Part shown: positions 11,303 to 20,498 of the stretch, piece after piece
Layout: the number at the start of each line of letters is the position of its first letter
Position numbering within the stretch: the stretch's first letter is position 1
NCBI GenBank assembly: GCA_035651215.1
Contig: DASRGE010000041.1
Span: 9,159 to 73,158 of the forward strand
Source of the DNA: Bryobacteraceae bacterium
GTDB lineage: Bacteria; Acidobacteriota; Terriglobia; Bryobacterales; Bryobacteraceae
Reading direction: 5' to 3'
Length of the DNA: 64,000 bases
Program-made: the position numbers and the translations under genes
Notes under the pieces: generated by a model
Told to the model about the DNA's origin: nothing
Database searches by the model: none
Seen by the model: the letters and a program-made list of their open reading frames with translations, nothing else

Positions 11303-12187
11303 TTAGCCAATTTGATGCTCCGGAACAGAGGCGGGCGGATGGGGCCGCCGGTGCCGGCGAATAATTCCGCCGATTCGAATGATGATTCCGCTTGCTGCAT
11401 AGGTGCTTGCGAGACTCAGCAGCACCGGCTGCGGCCATGCCCATATCAGGAACGCTGCCCCTCCCACTACCAGGACGATCAGCGGTGTGCGCGGTTTCGA
11501 AACACTGACTTGTTTAAAGCTGGGATACCTCCAGGTGCTGACCATGAGCAGGGAAACGATGGCAATGACGACCAGCCAGCCGATGGAAAACGCAAAGGAG
11601 CGCACAGGAGAGGGATCGAGAAACACGACCGAGGCCACGAAAGCAGCACCGGCCGGGATAGGCATTCCGACGAAATACTTGCGATCCGGCCGGCCGGGAT
11701 TCTTGGGCATGGGATTGGTCTGCACGTTGAAACGCGCCAAGCGCACGGCTCCGCATAACAGAAAAAAGAAAGCTACCAGATAGCCGGCGCGCATCAGATG
11801 GCTTTGCAGATTGGCTTCGGCAGGGGCGGCGACAAACAATACGCCCCATACAAAAGCGAGCACAGCGGGAGCAATCCCGAAGGTAATCACATCGGCGAGC
11901 GAATCGAGCTCCCGGCCGAAGTCACTGGTAGTATTCGTCATCCGGGCAATGCGGCCGTCCAAGCCATCGAAAAACACCGCGAAGCCGAGCGCCTTGGCTG
12001 CGATCGAAAAATGCGAATTGAAGCCGTAGTCTCCACCCCGCGCCTGCATGGCTCCTTCGAAGATTTGCAGGATGGCTACGAAGCCCAGGAAGATATTGCC
12101 GCTGGTGAACAGAGTCGGCAGCGCATAAGCTGCGCGCCGTGGCCGTTTGCGCGGAGGGCGCAGCCCTGACGCGCCTTGAACAGTCAG
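11303..12187 (-). CDS. pssA: CDP-diacylglycerol--serine O-phosphatidyltransferase
   Basis: The CDP-alcohol phosphatidyltransferase motif DGLDGRIARMTNTTSDFGRELDSLAD is present, with multiple TM helices. The start is uncertain. There is no ATG/GTG/TTG between the psd stop and the first TM helix. A CTG at 12187 follows AGGAGG, and a GTG at 12271 would overlap psd. Confidence 0.8.
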   Translation of the reverse strand: MTVQGASGLRPPRKRPRRAAYALPTLFTSGNIFLGFVAILQIFEGAMQARGGDYGFNSHFSIAAKALGFAVFFDGLDGRIARMTNTTSDFGRELDSLADVITFGIAPAVLAFVWGVLFVAAPAEANLQSHLMRAGYLVAFFFLLCGAVRLARFNVQTNPMPKNPGRPDRKYFVGMPIPAGAAFVASVVFLDPSPVRSFAFSIGWLVVIAIVSLLMVSTWRYPSFKQVSVSKPRTPLIVLVVGGAAFLIWAWPQPVLLSLASTYAASGIIIRIGGIIRRHRRPHPPASVPEHQIG

Positions 12188-12807
12188 ACAGCCTCCTGAT
12201 TTGCGACGCGGTTTGCCAGAATCGATGTTCCGGCCGCGACCCGGTCGCCGGGCTTGACAACAGTGATCCACTCCGGTCCAAACAGGACATCTACCCGCGA
12301 ACCAAATTTGATATATCCGATCCGCTCCGCCGGAGCGAGCGCGTCGCCCACATGCTTGTAGCAAACGATGCGGCGCGCAATGAGTCCTGCGATCTGACGG
12401 CACACGACCCGCGATCCGTTGCCTTCCACGATTAAGGTGTTCTGTTCGTTTTCTAACGAAGCAGCCTCGTGGCTCGCTACCAAAAATTTACCCTTCCGGT
12501 AATTTACTGCAGTGACTGTGCCCGGAATGGGCGTCCGGTTCACGTGCACGTCAAAAATGTTTAAAAAGATGCTGATCCGTGTTCGCCCCCCGCCCAGTTC
12601 GCGCACTGCTACTACTTTGCCATCGGCCGGCGCGACGATGGCCTCTATAGGAGGCGGCACGCGGTCCGGATCGCGAAAAAAATAAAGGCAAAACGCTGCC
12701 AGAACATAGAAGGGTATGCCCACCCATGGCGTGAGAAAGTAAGACAATGCCAGTCCCCCGAAGGTGAGCCCACAGGCATAGTAAATGCCGTCAGAAACTA
12801 TCCGCAA
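12184..12807 (-). CDS. psd: phosphatidylserine decarboxylase (short form)
   Basis: 207 aa. It has an N-terminal TM helix and a C-terminal KFGSRVDV with the Gly-Ser self-cleavage site. It lies directly upstream of pssA. Confidence 0.9.
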   Translation of the reverse strand: MRIVSDGIYYACGLTFGGLALSYFLTPWVGIPFYVLAAFCLYFFRDPDRVPPPIEAIVAPADGKVVAVRELGGGRTRISIFLNIFDVHVNRTPIPGTVTAVNYRKGKFLVASHEAASLENEQNTLIVEGNGSRVVCRQIAGLIARRIVCYKHVGDALAPAERIGYIKFGSRVDVLFGPEWITVVKPGDRVAAGTSILANRVANQEAV

Positions 12808-13000
12808 ATTGTTATTTTCTCAAACCCGCAGGCCAAAAGGCCGGCTCGACGGCCTGGCGCGTGCGCGACATAAACGTGGGAGGCTGAGCCAGGAGCGCCC
12901 TTGCTTACGCGCGGGGTTCTGTAGGTACCTGAGTTCCACATTATGTCGCGCACCCCGGCCCAGCCATTCTCAACTACTATCTTTAGAGGGGCGTGGCTTT

Positions 13001-14404
13001 ATGTTTCTGAAGCAGTATTACTTAGGTTGCCTTGCGCACGCATCGTATCTGCTCGGAGACGAAGCCAGTTCCACCGCCATTGTCGTCGATCCGCAACGCG
13101 ACATTCAGCAGTACCTGGCTGACGCCGAGGAGGCGCAACTTCACATTCGCCACGTGTTCCTCACCCATTTTCATGCGGACTTCGTGGCCGGTCATTTGGA
13201 ACTGCGCGACCGCTGCGGCGCGGCAATCCACCTGGGCGCGCAAGGTCAGGCGGAATACGCCTTTTTAGCAATGAAGGACGGTGATACGCTCGATTTCCCG
13301 GGGCTGCGGCTGCAGATCCTGGAGACCCCTGGCCATACCGTCGAATCCATTTCGATTCTCGTCTTCGATCTGCAGAAAGACTGGAGAAAACCATACGCCG
13401 TGCTTACCGGCGACACCTTATTCATCGGCGATGTAGGCCGCCCCGACTTACGCGCTTCCCTTGGGTGGACAGCAACCGAGCTGGGCGGCCATCTTTATGA
13501 TTCACTCCATAACAAGCTCCTGAAGCTTCCCGATGAGACCCTGGTTTACCCCGCGCACGGCGCGGGCTCTCTTTGCGGCAAGCAGCTTTCCTCCGACACA
13601 GTATCTTTTTTGGGAGATCAACGCCGCTTGAATTACGCTCTGCAGCCGATGTCGAAGACGGAATTCATTCGACTGGTCACGGCTGACCAGCCCGAAGCCC
13701 CTCCGTATTTCACTTACGATGCCATCCTTAATACCCGGGAGCGCGCTACGCTAGACGAGAATCTCGAGCAGGTTTTACATCCTATGGATGTCGCCGAAGT
13801 TCAAGCGCTGCGAGGAGCAGGCGCTCAGATCCTCGACGTGCGGGATGCTGCCGAATTTGGCAAGGGGCATTTTGCCGGCAGCATAAATATTGGACTCGGA
13901 GGACAGTACGCAACATGGGCCGGCACGCTACTGGGGCGCGACGAGCCTATTGTGATTGTTGCTGAGCCAGGCCGCGAATACGAAGCCGCCGTCCGCCTGG
14001 GCCGGATCGGGTTCGATCACGTCAAAGGTTATCTGCGCGGCGGGATGGAGGCGCTGGCCGGCAGGCCGGACCTGGTGAGATCGACAGAGCGGATCAGCGC
14101 CCCGATGCTGGCAGAAGAGTTGGCGGGCGCCGATCCGCCTTTATTGCTGGATGTCCGAACTCCGCGTGAGTGGGCAGCCAGGCACATTGACGGTAGCGTA
14201 AATGTGCCGCTCAATCATTTGCCGGAACGAATCGCCGAGTTACCCCGCAACCGGCGGATTGCGGTCTATTGCGCGGGCGGCTACAGGTCGTCGATTGCGG
14301 CCAGCATTCTGCATCAATATGGAATTACCGATTTGATTGAATTGGCCGGCGGCCTGGCGGCTTGGGACACCGCTTCCCTAAACGCCCTAGCCGTCACGCG
14401 CTGA
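13001..14404 (+). CDS. MBL-fold persulfide dioxygenase fused to two rhodanese domains (CstB-like)
   Basis: In-frame ATG 13001 (MFLKQYYLGCLAHASY) is preferred over the tracked start 12785. The metal motif is THFHADFVAGH. Two C-terminal rhodanese-like modules follow, the last with the active-site loop CAGGYRS. Confidence 0.75.
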   Translation: MFLKQYYLGCLAHASYLLGDEASSTAIVVDPQRDIQQYLADAEEAQLHIRHVFLTHFHADFVAGHLELRDRCGAAIHLGAQGQAEYAFLAMKDGDTLDFPGLRLQILETPGHTVESISILVFDLQKDWRKPYAVLTGDTLFIGDVGRPDLRASLGWTATELGGHLYDSLHNKLLKLPDETLVYPAHGAGSLCGKQLSSDTVSFLGDQRRLNYALQPMSKTEFIRLVTADQPEAPPYFTYDAILNTRERATLDENLEQVLHPMDVAEVQALRGAGAQILDVRDAAEFGKGHFAGSINIGLGGQYATWAGTLLGRDEPIVIVAEPGREYEAAVRLGRIGFDHVKGYLRGGMEALAGRPDLVRSTERISAPMLAEELAGADPPLLLDVRTPREWAARHIDGSVNVPLNHLPERIAELPRNRRIAVYCAGGYRSSIAASILHQYGITDLIELAGGLAAWDTASLNALAVTR

Positions 14405-14418
14405 ACATTTGGAGCCAT

Positions 14419-15819
14419 ATGCCTCTTTTTATCGTTCGTCATCAACACGATCCAAATCGCTGCCCGGCAGCCGATCCCTACAATGGGGCCAATCTGCTAA
14501 ACCACCTCAGCCGGCCTAACTTTCGGAAATACGGCCTCACAGTGCAAGGCGAAGCGGTCGCGCGCGGAGAACACACTCTCTATATGATTCTGGAAGCCGC
14601 TGACGAAAGCTTGATACGCGAGTACATGGCACCCTTTTCCACGTTTGGGAGCCTCGATATCTATCCGGCTGCCACATGCGCCGGTGTGGCGTCGAGAGGC
14701 GGCTGTGACGCGCCTCCGCCTCCTGCCGAAACGTTGGTGCCCGCCGTCGATCCCGAAGAGGCATGCCAACAGGCGATTGAGGATGGGCTCGTGGTCCACC
14801 GCGCGCATCCATTGAATGGCGAGACGTCCATTCCAGCGCTGATCGGCGGCGTTGTCATGCCCAACGCGAGGTTCTACGTCCGCAACCATTTTCAAATTCC
14901 AAAGATCGAGCGGGCGAACTGGCGGCTGAAGGTAAGCGGGTTGGTGGAGCGCCCTCTGAACTTATCCTGCCGGGACATTTCCAACATGCGTTCGGAATCG
15001 AAGCTGGTGACCTTGGAGTGCGCTGGAAACGGCCGTTCCATGCTGGAGCCGCGCGTGAGCGGAGAACAGTGGAACCTCGGCGCCGTCAGTACCGCGGAGT
15101 GGACTGGCGTGTCCGTGATGGAGGTTCTTGATCGAGCCGGCGTGAAAGCGAATGGGCGGCACATCGTCTTCCGCGGCGCCGATAGCGGCACAGTCGAGGG
15201 ACTCACCCAGCCGATCCCGTTCGAGCGCGGCTTGAGCGTAGAGGATGCTCGCTGGTCCGAAGCCTTACTCGCGTATGCAATGAATGGGGAACCGCTTCCG
15301 TTACAGCATGGCTTTCCGCTGCGGGTAATTGTGCCCAGTTGGTACGCCGTCGCTTCGGTCAAGTGGCTAACCGAAATCGAAGTGGTGGATCAGCCGTTCC
15401 ATGGCTATTACCAGGCCGAGAAATATCAATTTGAGCGGCAAGTGGACGGGCACGTGAAGAGGGAGCCGGTTACGCTGCAGCGCGTACGAAGCCTAATTAC
15501 GGAGCCAGCCGAGGAAGCGCAAACGGGCTGTGGCGAGCTTGCGGTGCGCGGCGTTGCCTGGTCTGGCGCGGCTCCTATTGCGCGTGTGGAGGTCAGGCTG
15601 GACGACGGGCCGTGGCAGGAAGCTCATCTGCTGGGGGAACGAAAGCGGCACAGTTGGCAATGGTGGGAGTTAATCACCAGAGTCGAGAAACCAGGTGACT
15701 ATCTGATCCGCGCCCGCGCAAGCGATATGAGCGGCCAGACTCAGCCGGAATCACCGGAGTGGAACCGGCTCGGATATTGCAACAACGCGATACAGCGAGT
15801 TAAGGTCGCGGTGCGGTGA
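14419..15819 (+). CDS. sulfite-oxidase-family molybdopterin oxidoreductase with an extra N-terminal domain
   Basis: ATG 14419 follows GGAG and lies 15 nt after the upstream stop. SUOX motifs are present: VRNHFQIP, LECAGNGR (Mo-ligand Cys) and a C-terminal dimerisation-like domain. The first ~110 aa (MPLFIVRHQHDPNRCP...) are not part of the SUOX fold. No Sec or Tat signal is visible. Confidence 0.8.
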   Translation: MPLFIVRHQHDPNRCPAADPYNGANLLNHLSRPNFRKYGLTVQGEAVARGEHTLYMILEAADESLIREYMAPFSTFGSLDIYPAATCAGVASRGGCDAPPPPAETLVPAVDPEEACQQAIEDGLVVHRAHPLNGETSIPALIGGVVMPNARFYVRNHFQIPKIERANWRLKVSGLVERPLNLSCRDISNMRSESKLVTLECAGNGRSMLEPRVSGEQWNLGAVSTAEWTGVSVMEVLDRAGVKANGRHIVFRGADSGTVEGLTQPIPFERGLSVEDARWSEALLAYAMNGEPLPLQHGFPLRVIVPSWYAVASVKWLTEIEVVDQPFHGYYQAEKYQFERQVDGHVKREPVTLQRVRSLITEPAEEAQTGCGELAVRGVAWSGAAPIARVEVRLDDGPWQEAHLLGERKRHSWQWWELITRVEKPGDYLIRARASDMSGQTQPESPEWNRLGYCNNAIQRVKVAVR

Positions 15820-17113
15820 GCGGCTTGACATAGCTCTTTTTCAGCTTCAGGACGACACCGGCGTTGCGATCCGCAACTTCACTTACTCTATATTCAGCAA
15901 CCGCTCCAAGCACCTGGGCAATCTCGGAAGGAGTGAGTTTGTAATCCTCCGCCAGCCAAGCGGCCATGTCGCTGGTAGCTTCTTTGAAGGCGTCGTCGAC
16001 CGAGCCGTCCAGGCCCATGGTGATAATGGCGTCAGGAGTCTCTATGCGAGGGTCGCCGATGTGTTTATTCGGAATGACGTCGACGGTAAGTTCGACGTCC
16101 ATCGAAGTTTCGAGCGCGTCCCCGGTGAGTTCGCCGTCTCCCTGGGCAGCGTGTCCGTCGCCGAAGTAAAGCAGCGCTCCGGGATTTGAGACGCGCAGGT
16201 AGACCGTTGCACGTTCTCCGACTTCGTTGAAGTCCATATTGCCGCCAAAGAAGCCCGAATCGCCCGTGCCTGGGGCTGCTTGTGCAGGGCCGGGTGCAGT
16301 TGCGATGCACCCGAGCATCGGCCTGAGCGGAACAGTGAAGTGAGCCAGGTGCTCGCCGGGTTTGTCCGGCGCTGCGGTACCTTTCGCCAGATTCAGATGC
16401 CATCGGACATCTTTGCCCGTATCTTTCATCTTGACCGCCAAATCGCTATTCAGCGCGCGGTCGACAATGCCATCGTCGCTGATCGCCCAGTCACGGTTAA
16501 GGCGAAGTCTGCTGATATGCACCACGAGTACGTCGCCCGGCATTGCGCCCTCAATATAGAAAGGGCCGGTCTCCGGATTACCGCCCGCGACGCGGCGGAT
16601 TCCCTTAGCGTCGCTGCCGCCCGCATCCACCGTGGTGGTGTGAATCGTATCTCCCGGCGAGACTGTCAGAACGGGCTTATTGAGCGCGGAGAATTGACGG
16701 TAGAACACGGTGGGCGTGAATTCGTGGCGCTGCGGCGCCCGGTGGTTCAAGGGAGGCACCGGTCTTGCGGTCAGGGTGAACTTGTAGGGACGGTCCGGCT
16801 GCCCGGCATCGGTGGCGATCATGGTTCCGGTGAAAATTCCTTCTTTAATGGCGCCCTGAACGTCAAAGGTATCCTTGTGTTCGTTTCGGGCAACGAAGTG
16901 AATCGAATTGCCGCTTACGGTCCCTTCGAGCTTATTGCCATTAAGATCGCCAGTGAGCTTCGTGCCCTGCTGCTGGAGTTCCAGGCGCATGTAGCGGGGT
17001 GTACCGAAGAAATCTTCGGTGACGATCCAGCGTCCGGCAAGCGACGGCGCCTGGGCAGGAGTGGCAAGGGCGGCGAAACCAAGCAGACCGAGGGAGACCA
17101 TAGTGCGGTTCAT
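15800..17113 (-). CDS. acetamidase/formamidase family protein, secreted
   Basis: Signal peptide MNRTMVSLGLLGFAALATPAQA. FmdA/AmdA-type segments are present: GNPETGPFYIEGAMPGDVLVVHI and GGNMDFNEV. An extra N-terminal module of about 110 aa precedes them. Confidence 0.8.
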   Translation of the reverse strand: MNRTMVSLGLLGFAALATPAQAPSLAGRWIVTEDFFGTPRYMRLELQQQGTKLTGDLNGNKLEGTVSGNSIHFVARNEHKDTFDVQGAIKEGIFTGTMIATDAGQPDRPYKFTLTARPVPPLNHRAPQRHEFTPTVFYRQFSALNKPVLTVSPGDTIHTTTVDAGGSDAKGIRRVAGGNPETGPFYIEGAMPGDVLVVHISRLRLNRDWAISDDGIVDRALNSDLAVKMKDTGKDVRWHLNLAKGTAAPDKPGEHLAHFTVPLRPMLGCIATAPGPAQAAPGTGDSGFFGGNMDFNEVGERATVYLRVSNPGALLYFGDGHAAQGDGELTGDALETSMDVELTVDVIPNKHIGDPRIETPDAIITMGLDGSVDDAFKEATSDMAAWLAEDYKLTPSEIAQVLGAVAEYRVSEVADRNAGVVLKLKKSYVKPLTAPRP

Positions 17114-17187
17114 GTATACTCCTGCTACGCGAATTTAGGAGGAAAGTTCCCGGCGTGTCGTAAAGTGGAGGCAGAGGCGTCCGAGGA

Positions 17188-18117
17188 TTGGCTCACCACC
17201 ATCATCATGTACACGGTACCGGCTGGATCTTACGCCTGTCGCTGATCGCGACGCTCGTTTTCACTGCTTTTGAGGTGTTTGCGGGCCTGTGGTCGGGCAG
17301 TCTGGCGCTGCTGTCGGACGCAGGACATAACTTTACGGATGTTCTCGCCCTGCTGTTGGCCGCCGTCGGCTTGTACCTGCAAGGGAAGCCTGCGAACGAG
17401 ACGAAGACGTACGGGTACCAGCGCGCCGGCGTGATCGCGGCCTTTCTGAATGCGGCAACGCTGGTGCTTATTTCGCTGGTCATCTTCTGGGAAGCGGCCG
17501 TTCGCATAGTCCATCCCGAGCCTGTGAATAGCCGCGTGATGCTGTGGGTCGCCGTCGGGGCGCTGCTTTTGAACGGCGCGATTATGCTGGCCCTTCACGA
17601 AGGACAGAAGGACGATCTCAATTTGCGCGCTGCGTTCATTCACATGATGGGCGATGCGGTGGGCGCGGCGGCGATTATTGTGGGCGCGATTGTAATTACG
17701 TATACAGGATGGACGTATATCGATCCGATCCTCTCAATCGCGCTGGGATTGCTGATCTTGTATACGTCGTGGGAAATTATCCGCGAGTCGCTCAATATTC
17801 TGCTGGAGGGCCTGCCGCGCGGGCTGGAACTAAAGAAAGTCACGACTGCGATGGGCGAGGTGGAGGGCGTTTTGGATGTGCATGATTTGCACATCTGGAG
17901 TTTGGGGTCCAACACGCACGCGCTCAGTTCGCACGTCTTAATTGAGGACATGCCGCCTTCGGCAAGCGAGCGTATTCTGAAGCGCATCAATTGCGTGTTG
18001 CGCGGATTTGGCATCCATCACACGACCATCCAGTTCGAGCACGTGCCGTGCGTGCTTTCGGATAACGGCTGCCAAATGACGGGAGATCATGACCACGAGC
18101 ATGATCACCAGCACTAG
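17188..18117 (+). CDS. cation diffusion facilitator (CzcD/ZitB-like) transporter
   Basis: TTG start. CDF signatures SLALLSDAGHNFTDV and HMMGDAVGA are present. It has six TM segments and His-rich termini (AHHHHHVH, DHDHEHDHQH). Confidence 0.9.
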   Translation: MAHHHHHVHGTGWILRLSLIATLVFTAFEVFAGLWSGSLALLSDAGHNFTDVLALLLAAVGLYLQGKPANETKTYGYQRAGVIAAFLNAATLVLISLVIFWEAAVRIVHPEPVNSRVMLWVAVGALLLNGAIMLALHEGQKDDLNLRAAFIHMMGDAVGAAAIIVGAIVITYTGWTYIDPILSIALGLLILYTSWEIIRESLNILLEGLPRGLELKKVTTAMGEVEGVLDVHDLHIWSLGSNTHALSSHVLIEDMPPSASERILKRINCVLRGFGIHHTTIQFEHVPCVLSDNGCQMTGDHDHEHDHQH

Positions 18118-18154
18118 ATCGGATTTTGTGTTACCTCAGCGGAAACCCCAGAAA

Positions 18155-18184
18155 ACGCTGACATTGAGCCGGAGGCGTCAGCGT
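18155..18184 (-). terminator. candidate intrinsic terminator for the DLH-hypothetical operon
   Basis: ACGCTGAC (18155-18162) and GTCAGCGT (18177-18184) form a perfect 8-bp stem with a 14-nt loop. Read on the minus strand, the stem is followed by TTTTCTGGGGTTT. It lies between convergent gene ends. Confidence 0.4.
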
Positions 18185-18209
18185 CCCCAAAGCGTGAAAA
18201 CCGCATATC

Positions 18210-19319
18210 TCAAGGCAATTGAGAGCCGCGCGGCGCTACATATTGCAGCGTCAAAAACACCTCGTGCGATTGCGGCGTAGCTCCCGGTTCGACGTCGTGG
18301 CCCATTGGTCCGCTTTGCCATCTCGCGGCATATTCCAGAGCGGCACTATTGAGCGAGGCATTGGTCGACTCGATTACTTCCAGATCGGATAATCGGCCGT
18401 TAGAAGACTGCATTCCATGCAGCACCACGATTTGTCCTCCGCCGTCGTTGGAGACGCCAGTTGTAGGCACAAAGCTCCGCAAACGCCAGGGCGGGCTCTC
18501 AATGGGACCCATCCCGACGGCGTTCAAGCCTGAAACATCGAGTGCCGCCGGATTTTCTTTCGCATCTCCGACGCTCTCCGTTTCCGCTTCGATGATGGTG
18601 TGCCCACCCTGTGTAATGGTGAACTTATTCGCGATAGCTCTGTCGTGAAATTGCAATCCCTTCGAATAATCGTAGAGAACATACAAGCCCGGAATGGGAG
18701 AGTAAGTGACGAGGTTGTTCAGCTTGGGATCGACGCAATACTCCTGATCGTCCCAGTGGCGTCCCCCGCCCGTGTTCTTGTTTCGGAGTGAATGCGAAAC
18801 CAGCACGCAGACCAGGTCCGCGCCATTCAGTGTCGCGGCTGCGGTCCGCAAAGAAGCATAGGGGCCCAGCATGGGTTGCGAAAAGAAGATGGCCTCGCGC
18901 ACTTGGGTCAGCCGCAGAGGCAGGGAATCGGCCGGCTGGTTGCTGTACAGCACGCGGCTCTTGTACAGATTCACCACCGAATACGAAGGTCCCTGCGCAG
19001 TCCAGCGATACAGGTTCGGTCCCGGCGATGTATTTTCCATCTGCCATACGCCGTCGGAGCTAGTAGATCCGAACGCCGTAAACTTCGTCTTTAGATCGTA
19101 GGGATACCCTTTCTCCCTCACGTTTCCGTGCTGGTAAGCATTGATGAGCAGGCCGATGGTCGAGGCGCGCTGGTTTACATCTTGCACTGGCTGAGCATCG
19201 CCGGTAACCAGTTCAAGCGGATCCGCGGGAACAGCCGGCTCCTGTATAGAAGCCATTTGCGCAATTACTGGCGTGCATATCAATCCGAAAAAAGCGAACG
19301 CACGCAACAACCTCAACAT
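18210..19319 (-). CDS. hypothetical secreted protein
   Basis: In-frame ATG 19319 gives the signal-like N-terminus MLRLLRAFAFFGLICTPVIAQ, 12 nt after the upstream DLH stop. I recognise no family motif. Confidence 0.6.
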   Translation of the reverse strand: MLRLLRAFAFFGLICTPVIAQMASIQEPAVPADPLELVTGDAQPVQDVNQRASTIGLLINAYQHGNVREKGYPYDLKTKFTAFGSTSSDGVWQMENTSPGPNLYRWTAQGPSYSVVNLYKSRVLYSNQPADSLPLRLTQVREAIFFSQPMLGPYASLRTAAATLNGADLVCVLVSHSLRNKNTGGGRHWDDQEYCVDPKLNNLVTYSPIPGLYVLYDYSKGLQFHDRAIANKFTITQGGHTIIEAETESVGDAKENPAALDVSGLNAVGMGPIESPPWRLRSFVPTTGVSNDGGGQIVVLHGMQSSNGRLSDLEVIESTNASLNSAALEYAARWQSGPMGHDVEPGATPQSHEVFLTLQYVAPRGSQLP

Positions 19320-19330
19320 GACGCAGTCTC

Positions 19331-20122
19331 CTAGGAACGTTCTTTCATAACTCTCTTCAACCGCTGCCACGATTGATCTCGCGCCTTCTTATTTGCTTCC
19401 GTCGCATCGGGCGCTTCGCCAGCCCGCATGAAGCCATGCCCCGCGCCTTCGTAAACCACAGGCTCATACGTCTTGCTCAGTTCTTTCATCGTCTGTTGCG
19501 TGGCCGGAACTGTCGAAGAAATGCGGGCATCGTTTCCCGCGTAAAACCCGTAAACGGGCGCCGTGATTCGCGCCATCGCGTCTTTCGGTGGTGGTGGCCC
19601 ATAAAACACCAAAGCGGCAGCCAGGCCGGAACGGTTCGTGGCGAACCGGAAGCTCTGCCCGCCTCCCCAACAGAACCCGGTCACAAATAACTTGTGCTCC
19701 GCCGCTGGAAGCTTCAGCCCATAATCCGCGGCGGCGTTCAAGTCAGCGGTGATTTGATCCGGATTCAAATGGCTCACTTTCTCGACTGCTTCGCTCTGCG
19801 TAAAACTGGTGCTGCGCCCGCCATCCGGCCCCGTCCCGGACAGAAGATCGGGAGCCACGGCAATGTATCCGGCCGCGGCGAACTCATCGGCCACTTCCTG
19901 CACCCAGTCCGTCATGCCGAAGATCTCATGAATCACTAAAATGACGGGCGCCTTGGATTTGGTCTCCGGATATGCGATGAACGTTTCTACTGCCCGCCCA
20001 TCGTGTTTCACCGTGACCCACTCGTGATGCCGCGGTGATTTCTCGAGCGCCTGGCGAGCCCAGTCCTGAGCCGAGAGCCCAGCCGCGGCCAATGCGAACA
20101 CCGTAAGAAGCTTTGTGACCAT
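19331..20122 (-). CDS. dienelactone hydrolase family protein, secreted
   Basis: Signal peptide present. VILVIHEIFG and the nucleophile motif GFCWGG are typical of DLH. Confidence 0.85.
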   Translation of the reverse strand: MVTKLLTVFALAAAGLSAQDWARQALEKSPRHHEWVTVKHDGRAVETFIAYPETKSKAPVILVIHEIFGMTDWVQEVADEFAAAGYIAVAPDLLSGTGPDGGRSTSFTQSEAVEKVSHLNPDQITADLNAAADYGLKLPAAEHKLFVTGFCWGGGQSFRFATNRSGLAAALVFYGPPPPKDAMARITAPVYGFYAGNDARISSTVPATQQTMKELSKTYEPVVYEGAGHGFMRAGEAPDATEANKKARDQSWQRLKRVMKERS

Positions 20123-20306
20123 TTCCTTGTTGTACTACGATTTCGCATCGTCCGAAGTTACCGAGCCCAACCTAAATTGCGCGTGTCCTCAATAACTTAC
20201 CGGGAATGGCCTGCTTAGGGACCGGGGCGAGAGCGACAATCGCAATACACAGCTTTCAGTTCGTTCAGTACCACTTGCTACCCCCTTACTGCTTTGAAGG
20301 GCTTAT

Positions 20307-20321
20307 TGGGATAAACTCTGC
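20307..20321 (+). promoter_or_regulatory. sigma54-like -24/-12 element (weak)
   Basis: TGGGAT-aaact-CTGC has GG and GC at the canonical 11-nt offset (4/6 and 3/4 matches to TGGCAC/TTGC). It lies about 200 nt upstream of the PEP-CTERM gene. Confidence 0.25.
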
Positions 20322-20472
20322 GGATTTCCGCAGAAATAGCGTCGCTCTACACCGTCCCGGAATAAGGGTTTGACGCAACGCTAAGTCCTGCCTCAGAGCA
20401 GCTTAGGCCCGGTACTGGTAGCTCCCATATGGGTTGCGGGAATTCAGTAATTCGGTTGAACTACAGCTATGC

Positions 20473-20498
20473 GCCGCGCGAATTCGCGGTTCTTTTTT
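20473..20498 (+). terminator. terminator-like hairpin plus T-run inside the PEP-CTERM gene leader
   Basis: CCGCG-cgaatt-CGCGG (20474-20489) is followed by TTCTTTTTT. It ends about 10 nt before the GGAGGA SD of the downstream gene. Confidence 0.3.

Noticed and set aside
17188-17217. An AHHHHHVH run at the start of the CDF transporter that resembles an engineered His-tag.
   Set aside because: The codons are mixed CAC/CAT behind a native TTG start. The C-terminus is also His/Asp-rich. His-rich termini are a normal metal-binding feature of CDF transporters.
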